From assembly GCA_030264375.1 (NCBI GenBank), contig JASCQW010000132.1, forward strand, positions 36,977,329 to 37,041,328: a stretch of DNA of 64,000 bases, given 5' to 3'. The translations under genes were made by a program, and so were the position numbers. The notes beneath the pieces were generated by a model that was not told the origin of the DNA, ran no database searches, and saw only the letters and a list, made by a program, of their open reading frames with translations. Below, one piece after another: positions 1 to 11,049 of the stretch. Within the stretch, counting starts at the first letter, position 1; the number at the start of each line of letters is the position of its first letter. Origin of the DNA: Carcharhinus longimanus (Eukaryota).

Positions 1-1110
1 ATGCTGAACAGTGTGGGTGCGAGCACACAGCCCTGTTTGACACCATTGGTGACTGGGAATGCCTCAGAAGATTCTCCGCCATCCAGTACTCTGGCCATCA
101 TGGAATTGGCGTACCATCTGAATGAATTTGGGGGGGCAGCTGAACTTTGACAAGATCCTCCACAGGCCTTGTTGGCTTACAGTATCAAAGGCTTTCGCGA
201 GATCAACAAAGGTTGTGTAGAGCTCGTGATTCTGCTCCTGACACTTCTCCTGAAGTTGGCGCTCAGCAAACATCGTGTCAGTAGTCCCACGACCTTTGCG
301 GAAGCCACACTGTGAATCTGGAAGCAGGCCTGGCTCCAGATGAGTGACCAGACAATTTAGCAGGACTCTTGCGAAGGTTTTTCCTGTGATGGTGAGTAGC
401 GAGATTCCTCGGGGATTGTCACATACTTGCCGATTGCCCTTCCTCTTGTAGAGGTGTACGATGGAAGCATCTTTAATTTCCTGAGGAATGGATCCTTGCT
501 TCCAAAAGGCCTGGAACAACTCGGTGAGCTTCATGATAAGTGCAGGACCAGCAGCTTTATAGATCTCTGCAGGTATGGCATCTGCCCCTGAGGCTTTGCC
601 ACTGGATAGCTGGCTGACAGCTTTTGTGACTTTGGCTACTACCGGTGTGTCTCCATGGCGCTGTTGATATCAACGTGGGGAATCCCGTCTATTGCCTCAT
701 CGTTAATAGATGACGGCCAGTTGAGAACGGCTTCAAAGTGTTCAGCCCATTTCTGCAGTGTCAGAGCCTTCTCTGTAATGAGAGCTGTACCATTTGTACC
801 CAGGAGGAGGGAACTCCCAAGAGATTGTTGAGAGCTTCATAGAACCATTTCAAGTCATTTCTGTCAGCGTATCCCTGTATTTCATCTGCCTTGGTGCTCA
901 GCCAGGCATCCTGCATTTTACACAGTTTATTCTGGACTGTCCTGCGAGCACTGGTAAAAGCATTTTTCTTGGCAGTTGATGATGGGTCGTTCTGACGGGC
1001 CCAATGAAGAAGGTGCTTTTCAACAAATAGAGACTATCTCCTCATCATTCTCATCGAACTAGTCACGCTGCTTGCAGGCAGAGGGCCCAAGCATCTTCAG
1101 TGCAGATGAA
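1..1110 (-). mobile_element. RTE-clade non-LTR retrotransposon fragment (reverse transcriptase region), degraded; continues off the left edge
   Basis: ORF 64-534: SIPQEIKDASIVHLYKRKGNRQVCDNPRGISLL...LLPDSQCGFRKGRGTTD...QLQEKCQEQNHELYTTFVDLAKAFDTV. Upstream frames give FDENDEE and WLSTKADEIQGYAD, typical of the RTE linker. Stops and frameshifts are present. Confidence 0.85.
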
Positions 1111-1680
1111 CTTTCATTATTGACAGCCTACCTCCTTGGTAAAGAACGATGCAAAGTATTCATTTAATACCCCAACTATGTCACCAGTCTCCATATTAAA
1201 TTCCTTTTTACAATCCTTAATGACCCTACTACTACTTTTAACCACGATTTTACAATTTATATACCTATGGATGACTTTGAGATTCCCTTTATGTTAACTG
1301 CCAGTCTTTTCTCACAATCCCTCTTCACTTCTGATTTTTTCACCTCCCCTTAAAACTTTCTGTATTCTCCTTGTTCTCAACTGTATCTTCTACCTGACAT
1401 TTGACATATGTACACTTTTTCTTCCTGATCTTAATTTCCATCTCCTCTTTCGTCCAGGGAGCTCTCGATGTGTTTGCCCTACTTCTCCTTTTTAAGGAAA
1501 TATACCTCAACTGTGCCCTGACCATCTGTTTTGGAGGTAGCCCATTAGTCAGCTACAATTTTTCCCACCAATCTTATTCCAGTTCAACCAGCCCAGTTCC
1601 ATTCTTGCCCCATTGAAGTTGGCCCTCTGCCAGTTAATTATTTTTACTTTGAACTGCCTATTTTCCTTCTCTATCATCAT
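1110..1680 (-). mobile_element. CR1-like LINE ORF2 fragment (endonuclease-RT linker)
   Basis: ORF 1340-1525 (RAPWTKEEMEIKIRKKK), and the minus strand reads LNEYFASFFTKE near 1140-1170. Confidence 0.6.
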
Positions 1681-2779
1681 TGCAATCATTGAATGCTAAC
1701 CATCTGAGGTGACAAGACTCTTTCCCAGAAGCAGTCGGACCAGCAAGTTGAGCTACTACGCAGAAATCAGGGAAAGGAGGAAAATCTTATATATCCAAAA
1801 GGTCATACGAAGCATTTTTGAACAGCCAGATCAAAGATTGTCCCTGACTAAAAACTGTTAGATTGCCCATCCTCTGTCACAGAACAGCAAGTGGACCTTG
1901 AAAACCTAAAAAGAGTAAAGGTAAAAAAACTTCCCTAATTGTATTGATGCAGCTCTGTGGTTAGACAGTATATGAAACTATTCAACGGACAAGGGAAAAG
2001 AACAGAACATGCAGTTAATATTCAACAGGTCAGTCAGCATCTATGGAGGAAAAAAAGTTTATATTTAATGTCAATAATCTTTTGATGAATCAGGGAACTT
2101 TTGAAGATCTCTCAACAGCTGACTAGACTATGACTTTGTGTTTAAACAGGAGGTGTTATAAGGTGAAGTAACGTTTATAAGGTGTAAATAGGCAGAAAAA
2201 AATTAATACTCACTTCCTAAGCATGCATAACAGATATGAAATGGTGATGTTTCAAAATCATTATGAACATGAACACCCACCATTTTAACAAACTTCTCAA
2301 AAGTTAGACTGTAAATTAAACCTAATACAATATATCAACCATTTTGCAATAAAACGCTTGATTTTGTGATCATTTAAATCACAACTGTAGCTATCAGGCC
2401 TTCTAAAGTACCTACATGATATATTGAATTCACTAATAACTTTGCTAGGAAGCTCAAAAGCATGCAATTGTGCAGAGACAGTTAGATACTATTGCTGCAG
2501 AGTTAAATATCGAACCATATGAATTTAAGGAACAGGAAAAGACCAAAAAGGCCAACTTTGATTTCGATTCCAATTTACAATATCCTTTTCCACTTTGGAA
2601 ATATACCTTAGGACCTCTTAGATCTATTTATATCCTGAACTTCACAGGCCTACCTTGTTATTTATTCCACAAGTCTCTTCTCCATCTGCAAGAAACTTCT
2701 GCTCATTAATTTCTAACTTTTAAACTGTCCCTGGTATCTGAACACTTGACTTGAAAGAGCAAACTAAACTGAAGCGGGA

Positions 2780-5478
2780 GAATCCAATAAAGTCAGTCAT
2801 GCAATGTTGGACTCAGACAATGAATGACCACCTAGGACACTGGTTGGTAGACTGGTCAATATTTAAGATCTCAGTGACCAACTTAAATGAATACGGCCAA
2901 TAAAGACTTCAACAGTAAGTGGGTAGAAGCAGCAAATCTGAATGTTTCCCGACCAGAAATCATGGATGAACAGGGACATCGACTATTTACAGAAGTCCAG
3001 GTCTGAGGTGTTCAGGTCAGGTGACCCTGACCTATACAAGAAATCCAGATACGATCTACGGCGAATCAAAGATGCTAAGAAACAATATCGGACCAAGCGA
3101 GAGTCCCAGGCCAGCCACATGAACACCCACCAAATACAGCAAGGTCTACAGGGTAAAGACGTGTGGAACCACTGGCAACAATAAACAAGAAAAACAGTAC
3201 AGCACAGATACAGGTCTTTCAGCCCTCCAAGCCTGCGCTGATCACATTGTCCTATCCAGACCAACCAATCATATCCCTCTATTCCCCGTTAGTTCATAGG
3301 TCGATCCAGATAAGTCTTAAAATGTTGTTAACATATCTGCCTCAACCACCTCACTTGGCAGTGCATTCAGGCCTCCCTCACTTTGTAAAAAAAATTCCTC
3401 CATGTATTTCCACTGAACCTGTCCCCCTTTATTTTGAACTTCTGCCCTCATGTGTAATTTCTGTCTTGGGAAGAAAAAGTTCGGTGAAGCCTCAGTCTTT
3501 TTAAGGAGAACAATCCCCTTCATTTAATCTGTCCTCATTGCTAATACCCTCCACACTAGGCACCATCCTGGTCATTTATATATATTAAAAAGAGCAGGGG
3601 TCCCAGCACTGATCCTTGTGGAACATCACTAGTTACAGGCCTCCATTCAGAAAAACACTCTTCCACCACTACCCTCTCTCTTCTATGGCCAAGCCAGTTC
3701 TGAATCCATCTAGCTCGTTCACGCCGATCCCACGAGATTTAATCTCTTCTACTCATCCCGGATGAGCTCAACATATTCTATGCCCATTTTGAGCAAGAGA
3801 TCAGTGAGAGGACGTCATCCACCCCAGAAGACTCGGTCAAACTTGTATCTGAGAACACAACTGCAGATGTCATTTCGGTCTTCTTGAAAGTTGACCCATG
3901 GAAAGCGACTGACCTAGATGGGATACCCAAATGAGCACCCAGATCCTGCGTGGACCAGCTGGCAGGGGTATTCACAGACATTTTTAACAACTCCTTACTC
4001 CAATTTGAGATTCCTACCTGCATCAAGAAGATGGCCATCATCCTGTGCCAAAGAAAAGCCAGGCAGCATGTCTTACTGACTACTACTGGGTAGCTCTGAC
4101 ATCCAAAATTGTGAGGTATTTTGAAGGTTTCGTCATGGCACACATCAATATGCACCAAATGACTCAAGAACAATTTCTCCCCTGTTGCCATCAGACTTTT
4201 GAATGGACCTATCAAATATTAATCTGATCTTTTTCTTCACCATATCTGTAAATGCAACACTATTTTGCATCCTTTCCTTCTCTCTTATGTACTCAATGAA
4301 TGGTATGTTTTGTCCGTATAGTGCACAAGAAACAATACTTTTCACTGTATCCCAGATTGCCTGGATCCAGTCTTTTGCCTATCGCTGCAATAGGTCCACA
4401 GCAGACATCATCTCCCTTGCTCTACATTCAGTCCTGGAACACCTGGATAATAACGACACTTATGTAAGACTCCAATTTGTTGACTACAGCTCACCCTTCA
4501 ACATCATTATCCCAACAAAGTATCTCCAAACTCCATGGCCTGGGGCTTGGCTCCTCCTAGGGGAGGTGTCCTCAACTACGTATTATACTCCTTATACACT
4601 TGGCTATATGGCCAAATTCCGCTCCAAATCTATTTTCAAGTTTGCTGATGACAGCATGGTAGCGGATCGGATCTCAAACAATGACGAGATGAAGTACAGG
4701 AAATTGGATAGAGAATCTGGGGAAATGGTGCAATGACAGGAATCTCTCCCTCAGTGTCAGTAAAACCAAGGAGATAGTCATTGACTTCAGGAAACAGAGT
4801 GGAGGACATGCTGCTGTCATCGTCAACGGTAATGAAGTGGAAATATCGAGACCTTCAAGTTTCTAGGTGATCAGATCAGAACAATCTGTTCTGGTCCCTC
4901 CACACCAACGCTATCCTTAAGAAAGCCCATCGACGCCTCAACTCTCTCACAAAGCTAAGAAAGCCAAGAAAATTTGGTACGTCCATAACGACTCTCCCAA
5001 TTTTTCTAGATGCATCATAGAAAGCATGCTTTCCGGATGTATCACAGCTTAGTATGGCGCTTGTGCTGACCAAGATTGCAAGAAACTACAAAGGGTTGTC
5101 AACGTAACCCAGTCCAACATGCAAATCAATCGCCCACCCACCGATTCCATCTACACTTCGGGCTACTTCGGAAAAGCGGCCAGCAAAATCAAGGACCCCA
5201 CGCAACCCAGGCGCACTCTCTTCCACCTTCTTCCGTTGGGGAAAAGTCTGAGAACCAACCGACCAACTCAAGAACAACTTCTTCCAGTTGCTCTCAGACT
5301 TCTGAATGGACCTATCAAATATTAATCTGATCTTTTTCTTCACCATATCTGTAAACGCAACACTCTATTCTGCACCCTTTCCTTCTCTAAGTACTCAATG
5401 GTATGCTTTGTCTATATAGTGCATAAGAAACAATATTTTTCATTGTATCCCAATACATGTGGTAATAATAAAATCAGC
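2780..5478 (+). mobile_element. Rex1/Babar-type non-LTR retrotransposon, degraded, interrupted by a CR1 piece (3181-3755) and by a copy of its own 3' end (4150-4354)
   Basis: FPDQKSWMN, DPDLYKKSRYDLRR, FAYRCNRSTADIISLALHSVLEHLDNNDTYVRLQFVDYSSPFNIIIP, IFKFADD, KAASKIKDPTQPRRTLFHLLPLG. Ends TGTGGTAATAATAAAATCA. Confidence 0.85.
3181..3755 (-). mobile_element. CR1-like LINE 3' fragment nested in the Rex1 element
   Basis: Reverse of the CR1 3' UTR (cagtacagcacagatacaggtctttcagccctccaagcctg, similar to 8865-8940) plus an RT piece (minus strand [16 protein letters not shown]). Confidence 0.7.
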
Positions 5479-6550
5479 AAAGTTCAACCCAACCATTCAC
5501 TGTATTGAAAACTTCAGTTAGGCCAACTCAGAATGTGATAATTCCTAAAGATGAATCTACATTTATTCATTGCTCAAAATTATCCTAATTACTGGCATTT
5601 GACTTTCATGAACAATACCATGTTGAAGGGACAATAATTGTCATCTGACGATCTTGAAACATGTCAGAGCAACAAGGTCCTTTGACCAATAAAATCCTTT
5701 GTTAACACAATAAATACAGATCATAAGTGCCTTTTCCATGATGGCCAAGAATTATCCAATAACCCCCATACACATTTCCACAACCAGCAATTTTATGATT
5801 ATTCAATTTTAATACATTCCTTTATTGGTTTCATGTTAGAATGTAATATGCACTGGTGCATATCATCCAAGTCTAGTTATTTACAAATCACAAACTTTCT
5901 GAATCTCAAATTGATTCTCATGACTTGCTGATATTTATACGTATCTACTGCATTCATCCAAGTTATTTGCACATACAAAATATAGCAAAGCCCCAAGTCT
6001 GGACTCAACCTCTTTCTGGCTTGAAAAATCTTCCATTTGCGCCAAATCTGTATTACATATTCTACCACTCAGTAAAGGACTCTTCATTTTCACAATTAGT
6101 CATTAATATGAACCTTGTTACAATTGTGAGCTTCAAAACATGATTTTTTACGACTATGTAACTTTGGGTATCAGATAACCTGCTTTGAAGTCTGCTGTAC
6201 AGTAAGCCTGGGTGTTTTGATTGTTAGAGATTAAAGGAAGGTTTAAACTATTTTACTGGGAAGAAGGTGCAAGGTACTTACGCTTGGAGATAAGGGCAGC
6301 AATCCCAAACTTTACAATGAGTAGGCTGTGAATTTCCCAAAGTCTCAGATAGGTTTTGAAGGTATTAGAATGTAAACAGTTGTTCTGCAAACTGTCCATT
6401 TACTTCTGACATGAAAGAGTGTGTTGGGGTCAAGAATAGCTAATCAGCACATCTACCCAAATGCAATATTACTGTGTTTCTCATTACCACACGGATGAGG
6501 GCAAGAAACCATTTCTGAGATCAGGTTACAGACTTCCCTGCAAATCAATA

Positions 6551-6812
6551 AAGTTAAACTTTATTTATTAGTCACAGTAAGGCTTCCATTAACACTGCAA
6601 TGAAGTTACTGTGAAATTCCCCTAGTTGCCACAATCCAGCACTTGTTCTGGCCAATGCACCTAACCAACATGTCTTTCAGAATGTAGGAGGAAATCAGAG
6701 CACCCAGAGAAAATCCACGCAAACACAGGGAGATGCACAGACTCCACACAGACAGTGATCAAAGCCTGGAATCGAACCTAGACCCCCTGGCGCTGTGAAG
6801 CAGCAGTGCTGT
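6551..6812 (-). mobile_element. tRNA-derived V-SINE (HE1-like)
   Basis: Core gaggaaatcagagcacccagagaaaatccacgcaaacacagggaga...actccacacagacagtga...aatcgaacc (reverse B box). Homologous to 30655-30896, 55635-55898 and 58843-58940. Confidence 0.8.
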
Positions 6813-7559
6813 CACAAGTATCACAATAAGCCAGCAGTTTTGTGTGGTCAGCAGAGAGAAGAGACTACTTGGCTTTGTGAATTACCAAAACTGGAGATGG
6901 GGAAAAGAGACAGCCTCCAGTCTCCCACAGCCATCTAAGGATTCCAGTAGATTCATCCCGTCTTGGCTAAAGGGGACAAACCATCACTACTGGTACTGGA
7001 TTTAAGAAACTTTCTGAAAACTAATGGAAGAGCCTGAAGGTACTCACTCAAGTTACTACTTGACAAAAAGAGTACAAATTTGGTGGAAGCTGGGATCAAC
7101 TGTGCACTGTTTTCAAAAAGGACTATAATTCCAAGAGTGACGTGTGTACTGTTCATACAAGGGGAACAGTCCTTTTTGTAGTTTTAAGTATAAGATACCT
7201 ACAGAAATAATGTTTTAATCATTTGTCAACATTTCTTGATGTCTCATTCTTTCAGCAGTAACATCAGGAAGTTTGAATCTATGTCTGAAAAAAGTGATCG
7301 ATCTCTACAGTGATCATAGCAACCTTATCTGAAAATTTAAGCGTGTTACGTAGCTATCACATTATGAACGCGTACTTAACTCAACAAGGTAAATGTTACA
7401 GCATTGGTAAGACATGTACAATGAGGATTCAATATTTTAAGCATACATTTTGCTCAATCTTAGAAAGTCTCATTCTTAATCATAACTAGGTGATAGAATG
7501 GAAACAAATACAGATCAGAGAACACAGGTGATGGGCAACAGTCCCTGCTGCTGGTCAGG

Positions 7560-8065
7560 AATTTTTTAAAATTTATTCATGGGATTTTAGCATCACTGGC
7601 TAGGTAAGTATTAATTCCCCATCTACCCACGAGATGGTGGTAAGCCGCCTTCTTGAACTACTGCAGTCCACATGATTTAAGAACAGCCATGTTGCTATTA
7701 GCAAGGAAGTTTCTGGATTTTGGCCCAGTAACAGTGAAGAAATGGTAATCTAGTTCCAAGTCAAGATGGTGAGAGACTTGGAAGGGAATTTGCAGGTGGC
7801 AGCATTCCCATGGTTCTGTACATTTGTCCTTCTAGCTTGTAATGGTTGTGGTTTCTCATGTACTATCAAAGGATCCTTGGGCAAGTCCCTGCATTGCATT
7901 TTGTACATGGTATACATTGCTCTCACTGTGCATTGATGGCAGAGGGATTGAATGTTTAAGGTGTGAATGAGATGCCAATCAAGCAGACTGCTTTGCCATG
8001 GATGGAGTTGAATTTCTTCAGTGTTGCTGGAGTAGCAACCACGCAAGTACAAGGAGTATTCTATC
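7560..8065 (-). mobile_element. LINE 3' fragment (L2/CR1 group), degraded
   Basis: Begins with a reverse A-rich tail, tttattcatggga...cactggctagg...attccccatc, shared with the SINE at 60585-60940. Broken ORF 7750-8067 (TLNIQSLCHQCTVRAMYTMYKMQC) resembles a LINE ORF2 C-terminus. Confidence 0.55.
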
Positions 8066-8864
8066 ATGTTTTGGGGAGTCAGAAGATGAGCTAATGCAGA
8101 ATTCTACAGAAGCACAAATCTTTAGTGCTACTGCCAGAATGTTGTCAGTGCCCATCACAGCCCTTTGTAGTATCAAGTGCCTTCAGCTGTTTCTTAATAT
8201 TCAGCCAATTAATCAATTTGGCTGAAGACTGACATCCATGATGCTGGGGATTTAGGAAAAAGAAAGCACTGAACTATTTTTTAATCCATTTTCGGCTGAC
8301 TGTTAAATATTTCTTTATTTTAAGCACATTTCTAATATCCTCAGAGTTTTGGATGAGATTAAACTTTTGGACGTTGGAAAACAGAAGGATGGCCAAGTTT
8401 CAGCAGATTAATTGAAATTGGTGGAGATGCGAAATGTTGTGGAGATGGAAGTAGGCAGTCTTTGACAGAGGATTTGAAGGTGGGAGTTGAGAGTCAAATA
8501 TGATGCTATGCTCTCTAGTTTGGATTTAGAAGCGTTTATCCTCATTAAATCCTTGCAAGATCTCAGTCCTCCCCATCTATGCAACTTCCAACACTCCAAG
8601 AAGTCGACATTCCCCAAACTCTTGGCCTCAGTTTTAGTCCCCAACTGTATCCTCTCCCCCACTGCCAGCAAATTTGATTTTTCAATATAATTGTTTATTA
8701 ATACACAAGAAAATTTGACATCTTTTTTAAATTATAGGGCTCCAGGGCTTAGCAAGATAATGCACTGCTTAATGTGGTACTGAATGCAATTGAAAACCCA
8801 ACATTCAATCACATCTGTGTTGAACTGATTGATCTTGAGCAGGTCAGAATGTTTTAACTATTAG

Positions 8865-9752
8865 AACAAAAAACAAAGAAAATTACAGTACAGGAACAGG
8901 TCCTTTGGCCCTCCAAGCCTGCACCGACCCTGCTGCCCAACTTAACTAAAATCCCCAATACTTGTGGGGACTATATCCCTCTATTCCCATCTCATTCATA
9001 TACTTGTCAAGACTCCCCTTATAAGTCACTACCGTATCTGCTTCCATAACCTCCCCCGGCAATGACTTCCAGGCACCCACTAAAAAAATCTGCCTACTAC
9101 ATCTCTTTTAAAACTTGCCCCTCACACCTTAAACCTATGCCCCCCAGTAATTGACTCTTCCACCCTGGAAAAAAGCTTCTGACTATCCACTCTGTCCATG
9201 CCTCTCAATCTTGTAGACTTCAATCAGGTCTCCCCTCAACCTCCATCGCTCCAGTGAGAAAAAAAAACAAGTTTCTCTAAGCTCTCCTCATAGCTAATGC
9301 CCTCCATACCAGGCAACATCCCAGTAAATCTTTTCTGTACCCTCTCCAAAGCCTCCACATCCCTCGAGTAGTGTGGTGACCAGAACTGAACACTATATTC
9401 CAAGTGCATCTTAACAAAGGTTCTATAAAGCTGCAATATGACTTGCCAATTGTTAAACTCAATACCCTGGCCAATGAAGGCAAGCATGCTGTATGCCTTC
9501 TTGACTACCTTCTCCACCTGGATTGCCACTTTCAGTGACCTGGGTACCTGTACACAGATCCCTTTGCCTATCAATACTCCTAAGGGTTCTGCCATTTACT
9601 ATATATTTCCTATCTGTATTAGACCTTCCCAAATGCATTACCTCACATTTGTCCAGATTAAACTCCATCTGCCATCTCTCTGCCCAAGTCTCCAACTGAT
9701 CTATATCCTGCTGTATCTTCTGATGGTCCTCATCACTATCCTCAAATCCACC
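8865..9752 (-). mobile_element. CR1 LINE, 5'-truncated 3' portion
   Basis: ORFs 9459-9695 (WAERWQMEFNLDKCEVMHLGRSN) and 9236-9595 (VKKAYSMLAFI...LEYSVQFWSPHYSRDVEALERVQKRFTGMLPG), followed by the 3' UTR. Confidence 0.9.
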
Positions 9753-10939
9753 AACCTACTAATCAATCCAGTACTTACAGTAGGTTCTCCTTCCACTTAA
9801 CATACACTGTGCTTGATTTTAATAACCACCGTATATGGATAATTTGCCAGTGATCAGCATGTCAATGCTCACACAGGGTGCGTAATATATATAAAATCCC
9901 CCATCTCAAGTGTCGGTCACTTGGGTGAGACCAATGTTCTAAGTTGTGTGGGTATGTGCCCATGGAGAAATCCACAACACATCATACAGTGCAACAAACA
10001 AGCATGTGCACAAAGAAAAACTGGAAGGAACATGGAATGCGACAGTTTCCACCAACTGTGCACTGTACTCTTGCAAGTGTCACTAGTGTCAAAAAATGAA
10101 AAATTTGAAAAGAATAAAACTTGAACGGTTTCTCAATCTAATTTGTAATCAATCTGACAAGTCTCTCTGCAATTTAATTTGAGCTGAAGCAGATACTTCT
10201 CTGCAACAATATATACTTCGGTATCTTTTGTTCTTCATGAGTAATTCATTTCAATTTTAATGTTTAATATCTGTTTAAGTGACCAATTAAACAAAGATCA
10301 GCTATCAGATTTTGTGGTTGACAAAAGCACGTTCAAGCGCAAACTAATCCAGAAGAAAAATATTGTCATTTTGTTATGCAAAAATAGAAATGTAAACACA
10401 AATTGCAAAATTCGCTCCCATATGAGTTTTCTCTTGCTAAATACATGAGCAAAATGTAGTGTGTCTGGCAATTTCAGTCTACCACCTCCTGTTTCTTACG
10501 TTGCACAATACGGAAAGAGACATTTAAGAATGGCTAGAATAAGTGATTTGAGATTTCCTCTACCATGCAGAAAGTCACTTAGTAATTTAAAAGCTCAATT
10601 TCAAATTGAAATTTCAAATGGCAGGATATCTACTGGACCACCGAAACCAACCTTTCTGATAGAATCAACAGGAAGCCCACCTATAATGAACTAGAACAAG
10701 TGATGCATATCTTGGAAATGCATCAAATTTTATGAAAATTAAATGTCCCTACAGATTACACAAGCAAGTGTAACATAGCTTCTTCTAAGTGCTGAGCTAG
10801 CAGATTAGCTACTGTAGCAGTATTAGTTATACCTACCCCCAAGACTGAAACCTGAAACAACTGGAAGTGTGTATCTGAAGGCTTACACTACAAACTAAAA
10901 ATTAGTATAATTTTGGTTTGGGTTTAATAATTTAATTAC

Positions 10940-11049
10940 CTTGTTGAAGCGTTCATGAGGAACGTACTGCAGTACAATGGGTTCCATTGTAGTAACATTT
11001 GCAAACTGCACCTCTGGAATATAAAGTGCACAAACCACATGGGCCCAAC
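10940..11049 (-). CDS. MLLT10: MLLT10 fourth coding exon, 110 nt (PZP); gene continues past the left edge of the window
   Basis: (G)WAHVVCALYIPEVQFANVTTMEPIVLQYVPHERFNK. Acceptor GTACAG|, donor AAG|GTAATT. Phase 1 to 0. The next exon (TCYIC...) was not found in 1-10939. Confidence 0.95.
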
